A DNA stretch of 51,702 nt from Eubacteriales bacterium (GCA_045536065.1 JAZSMV010000031.1:1-51702); one strand, 5' to 3'; positions 18,415 through 29,449 are shown, numbered from the stretch's first letter. Notes: a model not told the origin generated them from the letters alone. Program-made: numbers and translations.

Positions 18415-19557
18415 ATGGGCAAATTTACACTACTTAAAACCGAGGGCAAGGCTCGAAGAGGCAGATTCGAGACCGTCCACGGTACGATTGAGACACCTGT
18501 ATTTATGAACGTAGGAACCTCTGCGGCCATTAAGGGCGGTATCTCTACAATGGATCTTAAGGAGGTCAACTGTCAGGTTGAGCTTTCCAATACCTATCAC
18601 CTTCATATCCGTCCCGGCGACGATCTTATCTACCGTATGGGCGGACTTCATAAGTTCTTTAATTGGGACAGACCCATTCTTACCGACTCGGGCGGATTCC
18701 AGGTGTTCTCTCTTGCGAAGCTTCGTAAAATAACCGAGGAGGGAGTAACCTTTAACTCCCACATGGACGGTAAGCGTATCTTTATGGGTCCCGAGGAATC
18801 TATGCGCATTCAGTCTCACCTTGGCTCTACTATTGCTATGGCATTTGATGAGTGCGTAGAGAACCCTGCGCCCTACAATTACGTTAAAAACTCTCACGAG
18901 CGTACTATCCGCTGGCTTAAGAGATGCCGTGCGGAGATGGACAGACTTAACGCAGAGGAGGGAACGGTTAACCCGCATCAGATGCTCTTCGGCATTAACC
19001 AGGGCGGAACCTACGAGGATCTTCGTATCGAGAATATGAAGGCTATCCGTGAGATCGAGTGCGACGGTTACGCTATCGGTGGCCTTGCGGTTGGTGAGGA
19101 TGCTGAAACGATGTATCACATCATTGAGACCGTTGAGCCATATATGCCCACTGACAAGCCCAGATATCTTATGGGCGTTGGTACTCCTCAAAATATCGTT
19201 GAGGCTGTTTACCGTGGCGTAGATTTCTTTGACTGCGTAATGCCCAGCCGTAACGCAAGACACGGCAACCTCTTTACCTGGAAGGGTAAGATAAATCTTC
19301 TCAATGAGAAGTATGCCGAGGACGGCCGTCCTATTGCAGAGGAGTGCGGATGTCCTGCCTGCCGTAATTACAGCAGAAGCTATATCCGTCATCTCTTCAA
19401 GGCGAGAGAGGCACTTGGCATGCGCCTTGCAGTTCTTCATAACCTCTACTTCTATAACGACCTTATGCAGAAGATCAGAGATGCTCTCGACGAGGGGCGC
19501 TACGAGGAGTTCTATCACACCTACGTAGACCTTCTTGCAGAGCGCAGAAAGGATTAA
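18415..19557 (+). CDS. tgt: tRNA-guanine(34) transglycosylase
   Basis: TPVFM, NTYHL, DSGGFQV, DEC, GLAVGE, YLMGVG, CGCPAC zinc site. Confidence 0.97.
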   Translation: MGKFTLLKTEGKARRGRFETVHGTIETPVFMNVGTSAAIKGGISTMDLKEVNCQVELSNTYHLHIRPGDDLIYRMGGLHKFFNWDRPILTDSGGFQVFSLAKLRKITEEGVTFNSHMDGKRIFMGPEESMRIQSHLGSTIAMAFDECVENPAPYNYVKNSHERTIRWLKRCRAEMDRLNAEEGTVNPHQMLFGINQGGTYEDLRIENMKAIREIECDGYAIGGLAVGEDAETMYHIIETVEPYMPTDKPRYLMGVGTPQNIVEAVYRGVDFFDCVMPSRNARHGNLFTWKGKINLLNEKYAEDGRPIAEECGCPACRNYSRSYIRHLFKAREALGMRLAVLHNLYFYNDLMQKIRDALDEGRYEEFYHTYVDLLAERRKD

Positions 19558-19558
19558 A

Positions 19559-20527
19559 ATGGGATTTATTTCAAGGCAGATTGAAGATATATATAGAAAA
19601 GTACTGTTTTCAAGACACGATCCCGACGAGAGAATATACTACTTTTCTGCGGGTGATTTTCCCGGGCTTTTCAGCCGAGAGCTGTCCTTTGAAAACAGCG
19701 ACGGCTATCGTATAAAGGGCTACTTTTACTACTATAACAATCCCAGAACCGACAGGATCATAGTGTTTGATCACGGCCTGGCTCCCTGGCATAGATCCTA
19801 TATGCGTGAGATCGAGGAGCTTTGCCGTCACGGCTTTGCGGTATATGCCTTTGATCACACCGGCTGTGGCGAATCGGAGGGAGAGCACGTCAGGGGGCTG
19901 TGCGGATCGCTCTGCGACCTTGACGACTGCCTTTTCGTTCTTCGTGGAATAGAGGAGCTTTCCTCTGTGGAGATAGCCTTGGTCGGTCATAGCAGAGGCG
20001 CTTATTCTACTATGAATATTCTGAAATTTCATCCGGAAATAAACAGGATAGTTGCAATGTCGGGCTTTATCTCTCTTAAGGTCATGCACAAGCAGATCGC
20101 TCCCTTTATTATGGCTCCTTTCAGAGGAATGCTCTATAATCTTGAGAAAAAATACAATCCCGAATACGTGGATTGCTCGGCGATAGAAGCTTTATCATCC
20201 TGTAAAACGCCTGCGCTGTTTATTCATTCGGCAGACGATACTATGGTAGGTATTAATGCAAACTTCAACAAGCTTAAAAAGGCATTTTCCGAAAGGCCAA
20301 ACACCGAATTTCTTCTGGTAAAGGACAGAGACCATAATCCCACCTTTACGAAGGAGGCTGTTGAATATAAAAAGGCCTTCTTCAAGGATTTCGCTAAGAT
20401 AAAAAAGCAGGGAGGACTTCCCACCGAGGAGGAATGCGCACGGATCATTGCATCCTACGATTGGTACAGGATGACCGAACAGGATAAGGATGTGTGGAAG
20501 GTTATTTGCGATTTTCTTGATAAATAA
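19559..20527 (+). CDS. Alpha/beta hydrolase
   Basis: HG oxyanion region, GHSRG nucleophile elbow, candidate Asp (HSADD) and His (DHNP); start ATG 19559 just after tgt stop. Confidence 0.85.
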   Translation: MGFISRQIEDIYRKVLFSRHDPDERIYYFSAGDFPGLFSRELSFENSDGYRIKGYFYYYNNPRTDRIIVFDHGLAPWHRSYMREIEELCRHGFAVYAFDHTGCGESEGEHVRGLCGSLCDLDDCLFVLRGIEELSSVEIALVGHSRGAYSTMNILKFHPEINRIVAMSGFISLKVMHKQIAPFIMAPFRGMLYNLEKKYNPEYVDCSAIEALSSCKTPALFIHSADDTMVGINANFNKLKKAFSERPNTEFLLVKDRDHNPTFTKEAVEYKKAFFKDFAKIKKQGGLPTEEECARIIASYDWYRMTEQDKDVWKVICDFLDK

Positions 20528-20532
20528 AAATA

Positions 20533-20568
20533 AAAAACTCAGGTTAGCTAAAGCTCTCCTGAGTTTTT
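20533..20568. terminator. Bidirectional intrinsic terminator
   Basis: AAAAACTCAGG...CCTGAGTTTTT between convergent operons. Confidence 0.8.
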
Positions 20569-20571
20569 CTA

Positions 20572-20967
20572 TTACATAACCTCTTTGCCGCCGCAATGAC
20601 CGTCAAACATACCTGTCATGTCGCAGATAAGCTCGCCGTCCTTTTCCTTAAAGCCTACCGCACGCATAAGTCTTTCGTCGCCTGCATCTGCAGATATACG
20701 ACAGCTGTGCACACCGCAAAGATCTATAAAATTCATCGTCTGCCTTGCGAGGATAAACATTGCCTCAAAATCGCTCCTTCCGGGGGCTTCCTTCAGGTCG
20801 AATATGTATCCCTCGCTGCCGATTTCAAACTGCGACATGCCCATAATTTCGCCGCTGTCGATGTCGAACATCATATAGGCAAAGGCATCGCTGCGGAAGC
20901 TCGCACCGCAAAGAATACAGATATCTCTCTGCTTATCCTTATCCTGTATAGGTGTTATCTTAAACAT
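20572..20967 (-). CDS. Hypothetical protein
   Basis: TAATG coupling to rluB; protein-like sequence with CxxC and C-terminal HC. Confidence 0.75.
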   Translation of the reverse strand: MFKITPIQDKDKQRDICILCGASFRSDAFAYMMFDIDSGEIMGMSQFEIGSEGYIFDLKEAPGRSDFEAMFILARQTMNFIDLCGVHSCRISADAGDERLMRAVGFKEKDGELICDMTGMFDGHCGGKEVM

Positions 20968-21698
20968 TATCTCTGTTCCTTTGTCGCCTTGTAAAGATAG
21001 TCAACCTCGCTCTGCTCAAGGTATCTCCATTTACCTACGGGAAGACCATCCAGCTTAAGATTTCCGATAGACACACGTGACAGACGCTTAACCGTAAGCT
21101 CTGCCGCCTCGCACATCTTTCTGATCTGTCTGTTTCTGCCCTCGTAAAGAGTGAATTTAAGTACAGTACCGCTCTCATCCTCGCCTGTGATGATAACGTC
21201 CACAGGCTTGATCTTATAGCCGTCGATCTCAAGAGAGGAGGTGAGAATATCAAGCTGGCTCTCACTTACCGAGCCGCCAACCTTAACACGGTATATCTTG
21301 GGAATGGTGTGACTTGGATGAGTGAGGCGGTTCTTAAGCTCGCCGTCATCGGTGAGAAGTATCATACCCTCGCTTATCATATCAAGTCGGCCCACAGGAT
21401 AAACTCTTGCGCCAACACCGTCAAGCAGATCGGTAACACACTTTCTGCCTCTGTCGTCGGTGGTAGAGGACAGGTATCCTCTGGGCTTGTTAAGCATAAT
21501 ATAGGTGTATTTGCGCTTTTCATATCTGATGCGCTTACCCTTATATGCCACAACGTCCTCGGCGGGATCTATTTTCATACCGATAGATGCTACGTGGCCG
21601 TTAACCGAGAAGCTTCCTCTTTCGATCTCTGCCTCTGCCGCTCTTCTGGACATAAGTCCCGCATCTGCTATAAATTTCTGAAGTCTAACCTTTTCCAT
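20967..21698 (-). CDS. rluB: rRNA pseudouridine synthase (RsuA/RluB family)
   Basis: S4 domain RLQKFIA..G..SRR, LNKP, GRLD, EGRNRQIR; synteny with scpAB. Confidence 0.9.
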   Translation of the reverse strand: MEKVRLQKFIADAGLMSRRAAEAEIERGSFSVNGHVASIGMKIDPAEDVVAYKGKRIRYEKRKYTYIMLNKPRGYLSSTTDDRGRKCVTDLLDGVGARVYPVGRLDMISEGMILLTDDGELKNRLTHPSHTIPKIYRVKVGGSVSESQLDILTSSLEIDGYKIKPVDVIITGEDESGTVLKFTLYEGRNRQIRKMCEAAELTVKRLSRVSIGNLKLDGLPVGKWRYLEQSEVDYLYKATKEQR

Positions 21699-21721
21699 TT
21701 TTATCTCCGTTGTTTAAATAT

Positions 21722-22855
21722 TTAGTCAAATATAGATAGAATTCTGTCAAAAAATCCCTCGGGTTTCTTTTTGTTTACGGTCTCGGTGGCTATGATAGGC
21801 AATCTGCAAGCCACCTCTCCGTTAAGTGAATAAATAATCTCACCGAGAATATCACCCTTCTTAACAGGCGCTATGGCGTATTTGATAAGCTTCACACTCT
21901 CGGTAACAGCATTATCTCCACGCTCGCAAATCAGCTCTGCGCCCTCAACGTTTGCCGCAATCAGACTGTCACGCTCTCCGTCAAGAACAGGAATTTTATA
22001 TACGTGATCAAATTCTTCTGCAAATTTCAGCTTTTCAATACTTTCAAAGCCGTAGTCAAGCATCCTTTTATGATCGTTCCAATCATTTGGCGCATCAAGA
22101 GTTACCGTAATAAAGGTAAGTCCGTCCCTTTCAGCCGCACCAACAAGACATCTGCCGCATTTCTTTGTGAAGCCTGTTTTCACACCGATAGCACCGTCGT
22201 AAAGGCGGAGCAGCTTGTTGTGATTTACGTAGGTTCTCCTACGGTCCTCGGTTGCAAATGTGCGCTTATAAGTAGAAACGATTCTTTTAAAGGTTGGGTT
22301 TTTCAGCGCCTCGGCGGCAATCAAAGAAAGCTCTCTTGCAGTAGTATAATGCTCCTCGTCATCCAGCCCGTGTGGGTTGGTGAAATGAGTATCGGTAAGG
22401 CCCAGCTCCTTCGCTCTATCGTTCATCATATCCGAAAAGCCTTCGATACTGCCGCCAATATGACAGGCTATTGCAACTGCGGCATCGTTTGCACTTTGAA
22501 GGAGCAGGGCATAGAGCAGCTCCTCCATAGTCAGCACGTCACCCGAGCAAAGATAGGCAGAGGATCCCTCTGTGCCTATGGCGGAGTCGTCGATAGCTAC
22601 AAGCTCGCTAACTTTACTGTTCTCAAGTGCCACCAGAGCCGTCATTATCTTGGTTGTGCTTGCCATTGGCAGCCTTGCGTCTGCGTTCTTAGAATATAGA
22701 AAATTATTTATTTCCGGCTGATAAAGTATGGCAGACCTTGCACTGATCGGGAAATCGCTGCTTTCCTTTTCTCCGAAAGCATATATGGTCAGAAAGGAAA
22801 ATATCACCGCCGCAAGTATCAGCATTGCCACGTATACGTTGATTTTGTTTTTCAT
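21722..22855 (-). CDS. dacB: D-alanyl-D-alanine carboxypeptidase (S11)
   Basis: STTK, SAN, KTG motifs; N-terminal signal; ytfJ-dacB synteny. Confidence 0.88.
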   Translation of the reverse strand: MKNKINVYVAMLILAAVIFSFLTIYAFGEKESSDFPISARSAILYQPEINNFLYSKNADARLPMASTTKIMTALVALENSKVSELVAIDDSAIGTEGSSAYLCSGDVLTMEELLYALLLQSANDAAVAIACHIGGSIEGFSDMMNDRAKELGLTDTHFTNPHGLDDEEHYTTARELSLIAAEALKNPTFKRIVSTYKRTFATEDRRRTYVNHNKLLRLYDGAIGVKTGFTKKCGRCLVGAAERDGLTFITVTLDAPNDWNDHKRMLDYGFESIEKLKFAEEFDHVYKIPVLDGERDSLIAANVEGAELICERGDNAVTESVKLIKYAIAPVKKGDILGEIIYSLNGEVACRLPIIATETVNKKKPEGFFDRILSIFD

Positions 22856-22912
22856 TTTTACCTACCTTTTTTCTTATGATTTGAAATTTTGGCAGGCTGT
22901 ATTCAATGAAAT

Positions 22913-23290
22913 TTATGACAGCGCATTTTTGATCTTTTCTATTATTTCAGGTGATCTTTCCACCAGATTTACGATCTTATCCACGTCGGCAGCACCGCCG
23001 TTTATGTGTATAAGATTCACCTCGGCATCACGTCCCACGGTGAGAAAGGCGATGGGTGTGATAGCAAGACCTGTGCCTCCACCACCGCCGAAATTCTGCT
23101 CGGATTCCTGACGTCCCTTACCGTAGTCGATACCGCCCGTGGCTATTCCCATAGCCACCTTGGATACAGATATAACCGTAACACCGCTTGGTGTGGTTAT
23201 GGCATTGCCGATTACCGTCTCCATATCGGTAAAGCTTTTTATACCGTCCATAGACGCCTTGATAATGTCACTCATTTTATTCTCCGACAT
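22913..23290 (-). CDS. ytfJ: Sporulation/germination protein YtfJ (GerW)
   Basis: TVIGNAI, SKV..G...GG, FGGGGGTG..ITPIAFL; ATG at 23290 with GAGGTG RBS. Confidence 0.9.
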   Translation of the reverse strand: MSENKMSDIIKASMDGIKSFTDMETVIGNAITTPSGVTVISVSKVAMGIATGGIDYGKGRQESEQNFGGGGGTGLAITPIAFLTVGRDAEVNLIHINGGAADVDKIVNLVERSPEIIEKIKNALS

Positions 23291-23291
23291 A

Positions 23292-23849
23292 TTATACACC
23301 TCTAGCTCGCTTTTTTTCTTCGTTTACGCCCCTTCTTAAAGTCAGCAGGGCGTGGATAAGCTGATACAGTCCTAGCTTAACCGTAAAATATAAGTGAACT
23401 TCGGTGACGTCGGGGGATGAAATGATTGCATTATCCTCAAGCACTATTCTGTGCGCCTTTGTCCTGAGATATGCTATTATCCCATAGATAAGCCCTTGAT
23501 ATCCAAAGGGCTTTACAAGTGTAAAGCCGTCAAAACGGTCGATTTTGCAGGGAAGAAGGATCTTTTTTATAAACAGATCGCAATTCTTGACTCTGTCAAG
23601 CGTTCCTGCGGCAATTCTGACGTATGCTCTTGCGCTGAGTCTTGGATCCTTTGCCTTTTGTATTCTTTTTTGATGTCTGCTTTGACGGTTATCATTTTGT
23701 TTTTCGGACTTTTTTAAATAAAGAGCCAGCAGGGGTAGATGAAGCTGAATTATCAGGTCCTCTGTCTTTATCACTCTGACCCACACTCTGCGTGTCAGAA
23801 GAAAGAAAAGTAGGAACAAAACAATAATTCCGATCAATACCCCTGCCAT
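23292..23849 (-). CDS. YtfI/DUF2953-like membrane-anchored protein
   Basis: N-terminal TM, basic; sits in the conserved position upstream of ytfJ. Family assigned mainly by synteny. Confidence 0.6.
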   Translation of the reverse strand: MAGVLIGIIVLFLLFFLLTRRVWVRVIKTEDLIIQLHLPLLALYLKKSEKQNDNRQSRHQKRIQKAKDPRLSARAYVRIAAGTLDRVKNCDLFIKKILLPCKIDRFDGFTLVKPFGYQGLIYGIIAYLRTKAHRIVLEDNAIISSPDVTEVHLYFTVKLGLYQLIHALLTLRRGVNEEKKRARGV

Positions 23850-23857
23850 ATATCTCC

Positions 23858-24649
23858 TTACATTTCGTCGATTATTATATCATCCTCGGCGGAATGCTCG
23901 TCCTCGTATGCAACCTGGATCTCTTCTGCGACCCCGGGAACAAGGCTTTCGTCATTAGTCTCGGGAACGGCAAGATCCTCGTCAGAGATGGAGATCTGCT
24001 CGGTCTCCTCAAGAGCCTCACCAACGCTGTCCATTCGGGCGAACATTGCCTTGATCTCGTCTGCCGTCTGGGGCAGGGCGTCAATGCTGGTAAGACCGAA
24101 TGCACGAAGGAAATCGGGAGTAGTGCCGTAGAGCATAGGACGTCCGGGGGCGTCAAGTCTGCCCTTGGACTCAATAAGGCCACGGTCGATAAGGTTATTC
24201 ATAGCATAGGATGAGTCAACACGGCGGAGGGTGTCGACGAACACTCTTGTAACCGGCTGATTGTACGCAACGATTGCCAGCGCCTCCATAGACGAGGAGG
24301 AAAGGCTGCCGCTCTTTCTGATACCGAGAGCATCACGGATTTCGGTAAGATAGTACTTCTTGGTGCAGAGCTGACAGGAATCGGCGTATGTAAGCAGGAT
24401 AACACCTCTTGGGATATCCGAATTGTTATATATTGCAGAGTATTTAGCTACCTTTTCCTTAATTCTTGAGGGGGTGGTTTCAAACACTCTGGCCAGGGTA
24501 GCGTAGGTTATAGGATGTCCTGCGGCAAAGAGTATAGCCTCAAGCGCTTCCTCAAAAACTACGGGACGGTCGCTCTGCTGAACGTCAGAAGAAACCTCCT
24601 TGAGTTCAGCCTCAGCGGCGCCCTCTTCTCTCATAATTATTTCACTCAT
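23858..24649 (-). CDS. scpB: SMC-Scp complex subunit ScpB
   Basis: LEAILF, EALAIVAYNQPVTR, PGRPMLYGTT..FL..FGL; acidic tail. Confidence 0.95.
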   Translation of the reverse strand: MSEIIMREEGAAEAELKEVSSDVQQSDRPVVFEEALEAILFAAGHPITYATLARVFETTPSRIKEKVAKYSAIYNNSDIPRGVILLTYADSCQLCTKKYYLTEIRDALGIRKSGSLSSSSMEALAIVAYNQPVTRVFVDTLRRVDSSYAMNNLIDRGLIESKGRLDAPGRPMLYGTTPDFLRAFGLTSIDALPQTADEIKAMFARMDSVGEALEETEQISISDEDLAVPETNDESLVPGVAEEIQVAYEDEHSAEDDIIIDEM

Positions 24650-25482
24650 TTATTTTCGTCCTTTTCGCTGTCATTGTTTTCTTCAGGTGTGGAGTCAAAC
24701 TCGCTTTCGGTAGCCTCTGCGGGATCGTAGTCGGGATTAAGCACAAACTTCATATCAAGACCACGCTCGTTATACTCAACCACGTCGTCCACTACGGTAA
24801 TAGTCGTGATAAGTATTCTGCGCAGCTTGATAAGCTCGAGAATACCCATAAATCTTGCAACCACCTCAGAACGGGATTCAGAGTCACGGAGCAGGGTAAA
24901 GAGCGATGCCTCGCCAACCTCCTCGAGCATCTTACACATCTGATCGATCTTCTCCTCAACCGAAATAACCTTATGCTTGATAAGGGGGTTAACAAGCTCG
25001 GCGGGCTTTCTCTGCGCATCGGCGATCTTCATACGCTTGAGCACTGACTCAAGAGCCTTGATAAGCATTCCCGAGTCAAGATTTAAGGGCAGACCCTTTT
25101 CGGGCGGGATCTCATCGGTACCCTTGACGAATCTTCCCGAATATTCATCATATCTGGGCTTCAGCTCGTTTGCCACAAGCTTCGCCTGCTGATAGAGTAA
25201 AAGCGCATCGGCGATCTCACGGCGGGGATCGTTTTCATTGCCCTCCTCGTGGGGAAGCAGCATACGGCTCTTTATAAGCATAAGCTCGCTTGCCATAACG
25301 ATAAATTCACTGGCAATATCGGGATCCATCTTCTGCGCCTCTTCAATATACTCCATATATTGATCGCAGATAAGCGAGATCGGTATATCTGTAATGCTGA
25401 CCTTGTTTTTGCTTATCAATGTAAGCAGAAGGTCCAGCGGCCCCTCGAACTGATCGAGGCGATATGTTACTTGTTCAATCAT
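24646..25482 (-). CDS. scpA: Segregation/condensation protein ScpA
   Basis: FEGPLDLLL, IKSRMLLP, F..ILEL. Confidence 0.95.
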   Translation of the reverse strand: MIEQVTYRLDQFEGPLDLLLTLISKNKVSITDIPISLICDQYMEYIEEAQKMDPDIASEFIVMASELMLIKSRMLLPHEEGNENDPRREIADALLLYQQAKLVANELKPRYDEYSGRFVKGTDEIPPEKGLPLNLDSGMLIKALESVLKRMKIADAQRKPAELVNPLIKHKVISVEEKIDQMCKMLEEVGEASLFTLLRDSESRSEVVARFMGILELIKLRRILITTITVVDDVVEYNERGLDMKFVLNPDYDPAEATESEFDSTPEENNDSEKDENK

Positions 25483-25502
25483 AAAAAGGTCCTACTTCAA
25501 AA

Positions 25503-26243
25503 TTATACTTGTAAAAATGGAAACAGCTGCCAGAAGCTAACCATAAGACCGGAAACCCAGTCTATAACTATGCCGATGATTTCCGACAGAGCAAAGCTTC
25601 CTGCTATAAAGTTAAGAACGGGATTGTTTCCGATAAAGGGAATTGATCTTAAGGCGTTTGCAATATGCGTTCCGAAAAGAAGTGCTGCAAGCACACCGTA
25701 ATAGATCTTTCTCTCGTGCTTCATTATCTTGAAATATATCTCGGCGGGGAGAAATGCGCTGATCAGCCTTGATCCGTCAAAGGGCGGAATGGGCAGCAGA
25801 TTAAATATCGCAAGGCCGAGATTAATTAAATGAAACAGGGTAAAGAACAGCTCGGTATTGTATACCAGGAAATACACAAAGTCGGATTCAAAGTCACCCT
25901 TAGCTCTCAGCACACCGAAAAGAAGTGCAATAAGCGCCGAGAAGAATGAGAGGATCAGATTGGACAGAGGTCCTGCCGCCGCCGTAATAACAAATCCCCA
26001 TTTGGGATTCTTGAAATTCCTGGCATTTATCGGAACAGGCTTCGCCCATCCAATGCGGAACAGTATAAGACAGATCACTCCGTACAGATCGAGATGCTTC
26101 AAAGGGTTGAGAGTAAGTCTGCCGAAGCTCTTGGCTGTATCGTCTCCCAGCTTATAGGCGGCGTAGCCGTGACAGTATTCGTGAACCGTCAGCGCAATAA
26201 GTGCGGCGATGGCGGACAGAAGATAGTATAACACAAATTCCAT
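25503..26243 (-). CDS. Site-2 protease (M50)
   Basis: HEYCH, GRLTLNP, AAGP, NLLPIPPFDG. Confidence 0.93.
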   Translation of the reverse strand: MEFVLYYLLSAIAALIALTVHEYCHGYAAYKLGDDTAKSFGRLTLNPLKHLDLYGVICLILFRIGWAKPVPINARNFKNPKWGFVITAAAGPLSNLILSFFSALIALLFGVLRAKGDFESDFVYFLVYNTELFFTLFHLINLGLAIFNLLPIPPFDGSRLISAFLPAEIYFKIMKHERKIYYGVLAALLFGTHIANALRSIPFIGNNPVLNFIAGSFALSEIIGIVIDWVSGLMVSFWQLFPFLQV

Positions 26244-26261
26244 AAATAATCCTTCTTGATT

Positions 26262-26861
26262 TTAAGAAATTACGTCGGATATCCTTCTCCAAACCTCATC
26301 CTTGCCGTCACGTGTAACCGACGAGAAGGGAATAATCTCAATTCCCGTTCCCTCAAAAAATTCGCTGTGAAGCTCGTCGATCCTGTTCTTCAGTGCGGTT
26401 TTAGAAAGCTTGTCGGTCTTTGTCGCAACAAGAATAAAGGGAATCTGACGGTCTATCATCATATTGATCATCATAATATCATCATCTGTGGGGCCTGTGC
26501 GAATGTCAATCAGCTGAATAACAAGCTTAAGCGCATCAGATGAGGGATTTTTGAGGAAATAATCCTCGGTAAGCGAGCTCCAGGATCTCTTGGAATCCAT
26601 AGAGCGCTTTGCATATCCGTAGCCGGGAAGGTCTACAAGGTAGAGCTTCTTGTCAACGTTGTAGTAGTTGATCGTTATGGTCTTTCCGGGGGCGGATGAA
26701 ACCCTTGCCAGCGACTTTCTGCCAAGCAGGGTGTTGATAAGCGAGCTCTTACCTACGTTAGATCTGCCCGAGAGGGCGATCTGAGGTCTGGGGTCACGTG
26801 GGAACTGCTTTTGTGTACCTGCAGTAAGAGCTATATCGCAATTATTGACGTTAATTTTCAT
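26262..26861 (-). CDS. engB: Ribosome biogenesis GTPase YsxC/EngB
   Basis: GRSNVGKSS, PGKT, DLPGYG, TKTDK; downstream of lon. Confidence 0.96.
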   Translation of the reverse strand: MKINVNNCDIALTAGTQKQFPRDPRPQIALSGRSNVGKSSLINTLLGRKSLARVSSAPGKTITINYYNVDKKLYLVDLPGYGYAKRSMDSKRSWSSLTEDYFLKNPSSDALKLVIQLIDIRTGPTDDDIMMINMMIDRQIPFILVATKTDKLSKTALKNRIDELHSEFFEGTGIEIIPFSSVTRDGKDEVWRRISDVIS

Positions 26862-26896
26862 TGTTATTTAGTCCTTTATTAAATTCGGGCTTATCT

Positions 26897-29230
26897 TTAA
26901 TGACAGAGTGCCGCACCGAGAACGTCGTCTGCGCTCTTGCAGGGAATAAAGCGAAGATGCTCTTTTGCCTCTGTATCAATGTCGTCAAGATCACGCATAT
27001 TATCCTCGGGAATAAGCACCGTGCTGGTGCCGGCTCTGTAAGCCGCAAGGGTCTTTTCCTTAAGGCCTCCGATAGGCAGTACCTTGCCACGAAGGGTGAT
27101 CTCGCCCGTCATAGCCACGTCACGCTTTACGGGAATTCCCGCAAGAGCGCTTACCATAGCTGTTACCATAGTAACACCTGCGGAGGGGCCGTCCTTGGGG
27201 ATAGCTCCCTCGGGGAAGTGAACGTGAATGTCCTTATCCTTATAGAAATCGGGATCAATGCCGTATTTATCTGCCACGGTACGAACGTAGGAATGTGCTA
27301 TCTTTGCAGACTCCTTCATAACGTCACCAAGCGAACCTGTCAGCTCGATCTTGCCGTTACCCTCCATAACAGCAACCTCTACCTTAAGGAGATCGCCGCC
27401 TGCCTGGGTGTATGCAAGGCCGTTTACAATTCCGATAGGATCTCTTTCCTCAAGGCGCTCGGGAATAACCTTGCGCTTGCCGAGGTATTCGGAGATATTT
27501 TTCTCGGTGATACGAACGGTTTTTGCCTTGCCCTCGGCGATCTTCTTTGCGCTCTTACGGATAAGAGATGCGATCTCTCTCTCGAGATTTCTAACACCCG
27601 CCTCCTTGGTATAGTTGCGGATAAGGGCGAGAATACCGCCGTCGGTGATCTTGAATACACGTGCGGGAACGCCGTTGCGCTTAAGCTGCTTGGGAACAAG
27701 GTGGTTCTTTGCAATATCAAGCTTCTCAGAGTCGTTATAGGTGGAGAGCTCGATGATCTCCATACGGTCGAGCAGGGGAGAGGGAATTCCGTCGTAGCTG
27801 TTGGCTGTTGCAATAAACAGAGTATCGGAAAGATCGATGGGAATTTCCATAAAGTTGTCACGGAAGGACTTGTTCTGCTCGGGATCAAGCACCTCAAGAA
27901 GTGCCGAGGTGGGATCTCCTCTGAAGTTGGAGGAGAGCTTGTCTATTTCGTCGAGAACTATAACGGGGTTCTCGCTCTTTGCGTTGATTATTGCCGTAAC
28001 GATACGGCCGGGCATTGCTCCAACGTAGGTTTTTCTGTGGCCTCTGATCTCGGCCTCGTCGTGCATACCGCCAAGGGATACACGGGCGTACTTTCTGCCA
28101 AGGGCACGTGCAACCGATGCCGCAATAGAGGTCTTGCCGACACCGGGAGGGCCTACAAGACAGATGATCTGATTCTTTACGTCAGGGCTGAACTGTCTTA
28201 CAGCGACGAATTCAAGAATTCTGTCTTTTACCTTTGTAAGTCCGTCGTGATCCGCATCAAGAATATTCTTTGCATCCTCGACCGAGATCTTTTCCTCGCT
28301 CTTAATACCAAAGGGGTAGTCAAGGCAGGTGTCAAGATAGGTACGGATAACCGTACCCTCAGCTGCACCAAAGGGTGTTTTAGACAGCTTGGTAAGCTCC
28401 TTATAAAGCTTCTCCTTGATCTCCTCGGGCATCTTTGCCGCCGAGATCTTTTCGTCGTATTCCTTAAGCTCGTCATCGTCCTCAAATTCGCCAAGCTCGG
28501 ACTGAAGAGCCTTTATCTGCTCACGAAGGAAATAGTCCTTCTGATTTTTGTCGATCTTCTCACGTACGCTTCGCTGAATATCACGCTCGCACTGGAGGAT
28601 CATAAGCTCCTCGCCGAGAGCAATAAGCAGCTTTTCAAGACGTGCCCTCGAGGTCACAGCCTCAAGAACGGTCTGCTTGTTCTTGTAATCTATAATTGCA
28701 GAGGATGCTACGAAGTCGGCAAAATAACCGGGAGACTTAATTGCCTCTGCGGCAATTCTGATATCCTCCTCAAAGTTGGGATGTACCTCCACAAGCTGAC
28801 GGAGCATATTGTTCGCCTCCAGCATAAGCGCCTGAAGCTGCTCGGATGCCTTGTAGCTCTGTTTTTCCTTCTTGGCGATAACCGACGCCATAAGGTAGCC
28901 GTTCTCCTCACGCACAGGACCGATCTTCGCACGGTACAGACCCTCGAAGATTACCGACAGATTGCCGTGGGGATTTTTAACCACGTGCTTTATCTCTGCC
29001 ACAACACCCATACGGTACAGATCCTCGTCCTTGGGATCCTCGGTGGCAATATCCTTTTGCGCAACCAGCAGAACTCTGGCATCGTGCATCGTAGCCGCAG
29101 CGGTAAAGGCCTTAAGCGAAATAGGTCTTACGATCTCTATATTCAGCTGTACCGCAGGGAATGCTACGAGTCCACGCAGAGCTATAAGCGGAAGCGTCAT
29201 TTCTTCAAATATATCTATTCTATCAGACAT
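26897..29230 (-). CDS. lon: Lon protease
   Basis: [36 protein letters not shown]; start at MSDRID (AAAGGT RBS). Confidence 0.97.
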   Translation of the reverse strand: MSDRIDIFEEMTLPLIALRGLVAFPAVQLNIEIVRPISLKAFTAAATMHDARVLLVAQKDIATEDPKDEDLYRMGVVAEIKHVVKNPHGNLSVIFEGLYRAKIGPVREENGYLMASVIAKKEKQSYKASEQLQALMLEANNMLRQLVEVHPNFEEDIRIAAEAIKSPGYFADFVASSAIIDYKNKQTVLEAVTSRARLEKLLIALGEELMILQCERDIQRSVREKIDKNQKDYFLREQIKALQSELGEFEDDDELKEYDEKISAAKMPEEIKEKLYKELTKLSKTPFGAAEGTVIRTYLDTCLDYPFGIKSEEKISVEDAKNILDADHDGLTKVKDRILEFVAVRQFSPDVKNQIICLVGPPGVGKTSIAASVARALGRKYARVSLGGMHDEAEIRGHRKTYVGAMPGRIVTAIINAKSENPVIVLDEIDKLSSNFRGDPTSALLEVLDPEQNKSFRDNFMEIPIDLSDTLFIATANSYDGIPSPLLDRMEIIELSTYNDSEKLDIAKNHLVPKQLKRNGVPARVFKITDGGILALIRNYTKEAGVRNLEREIASLIRKSAKKIAEGKAKTVRITEKNISEYLGKRKVIPERLEERDPIGIVNGLAYTQAGGDLLKVEVAVMEGNGKIELTGSLGDVMKESAKIAHSYVRTVADKYGIDPDFYKDKDIHVHFPEGAIPKDGPSAGVTMVTAMVSALAGIPVKRDVAMTGEITLRGKVLPIGGLKEKTLAAYRAGTSTVLIPEDNMRDLDDIDTEAKEHLRFIPCKSADDVLGAALCH

Positions 29231-29395
29231 TTTTAATACCTTTCTTGCCTTTGCGGTGGGGAATAGCCGTCGTTTTCTTATAAATCCCATCGAAATCCGC
29301 ATCAGCGCATACAAAATCATTATATTATACCATATTAAAAATAAAAAGTCTAGTACTTTGATAAATTTAACAAAACTTTAAAAGAAATATTTATG

Positions 29396-29425
29396 TTGAC
29401 AGGCCTCGGGAAAATAGTGTATAAT
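29396..29425 (+). promoter_or_regulatory. sigmaA promoter of lipoprotein pair
   Basis: TTGACA-18-TATAAT. Confidence 0.65.
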
Positions 29426-29449
29426 TAAATCAAGAAAATATAAATTCTC

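Noticed and set aside
22876-22904. Possible sigmaE promoter upstream of dacB (GAATA-N16-CAAATCAT)
   Set aside because: Plausible biologically but the match is too weak to call.
26861-29236. 791-aa ORF antisense to lon
   Set aside because: Codon-register mirror of lon; the host avoids TTA/CTA/TCA codons in highly expressed genes, which removes antisense stops. No RBS or recognisable motifs.
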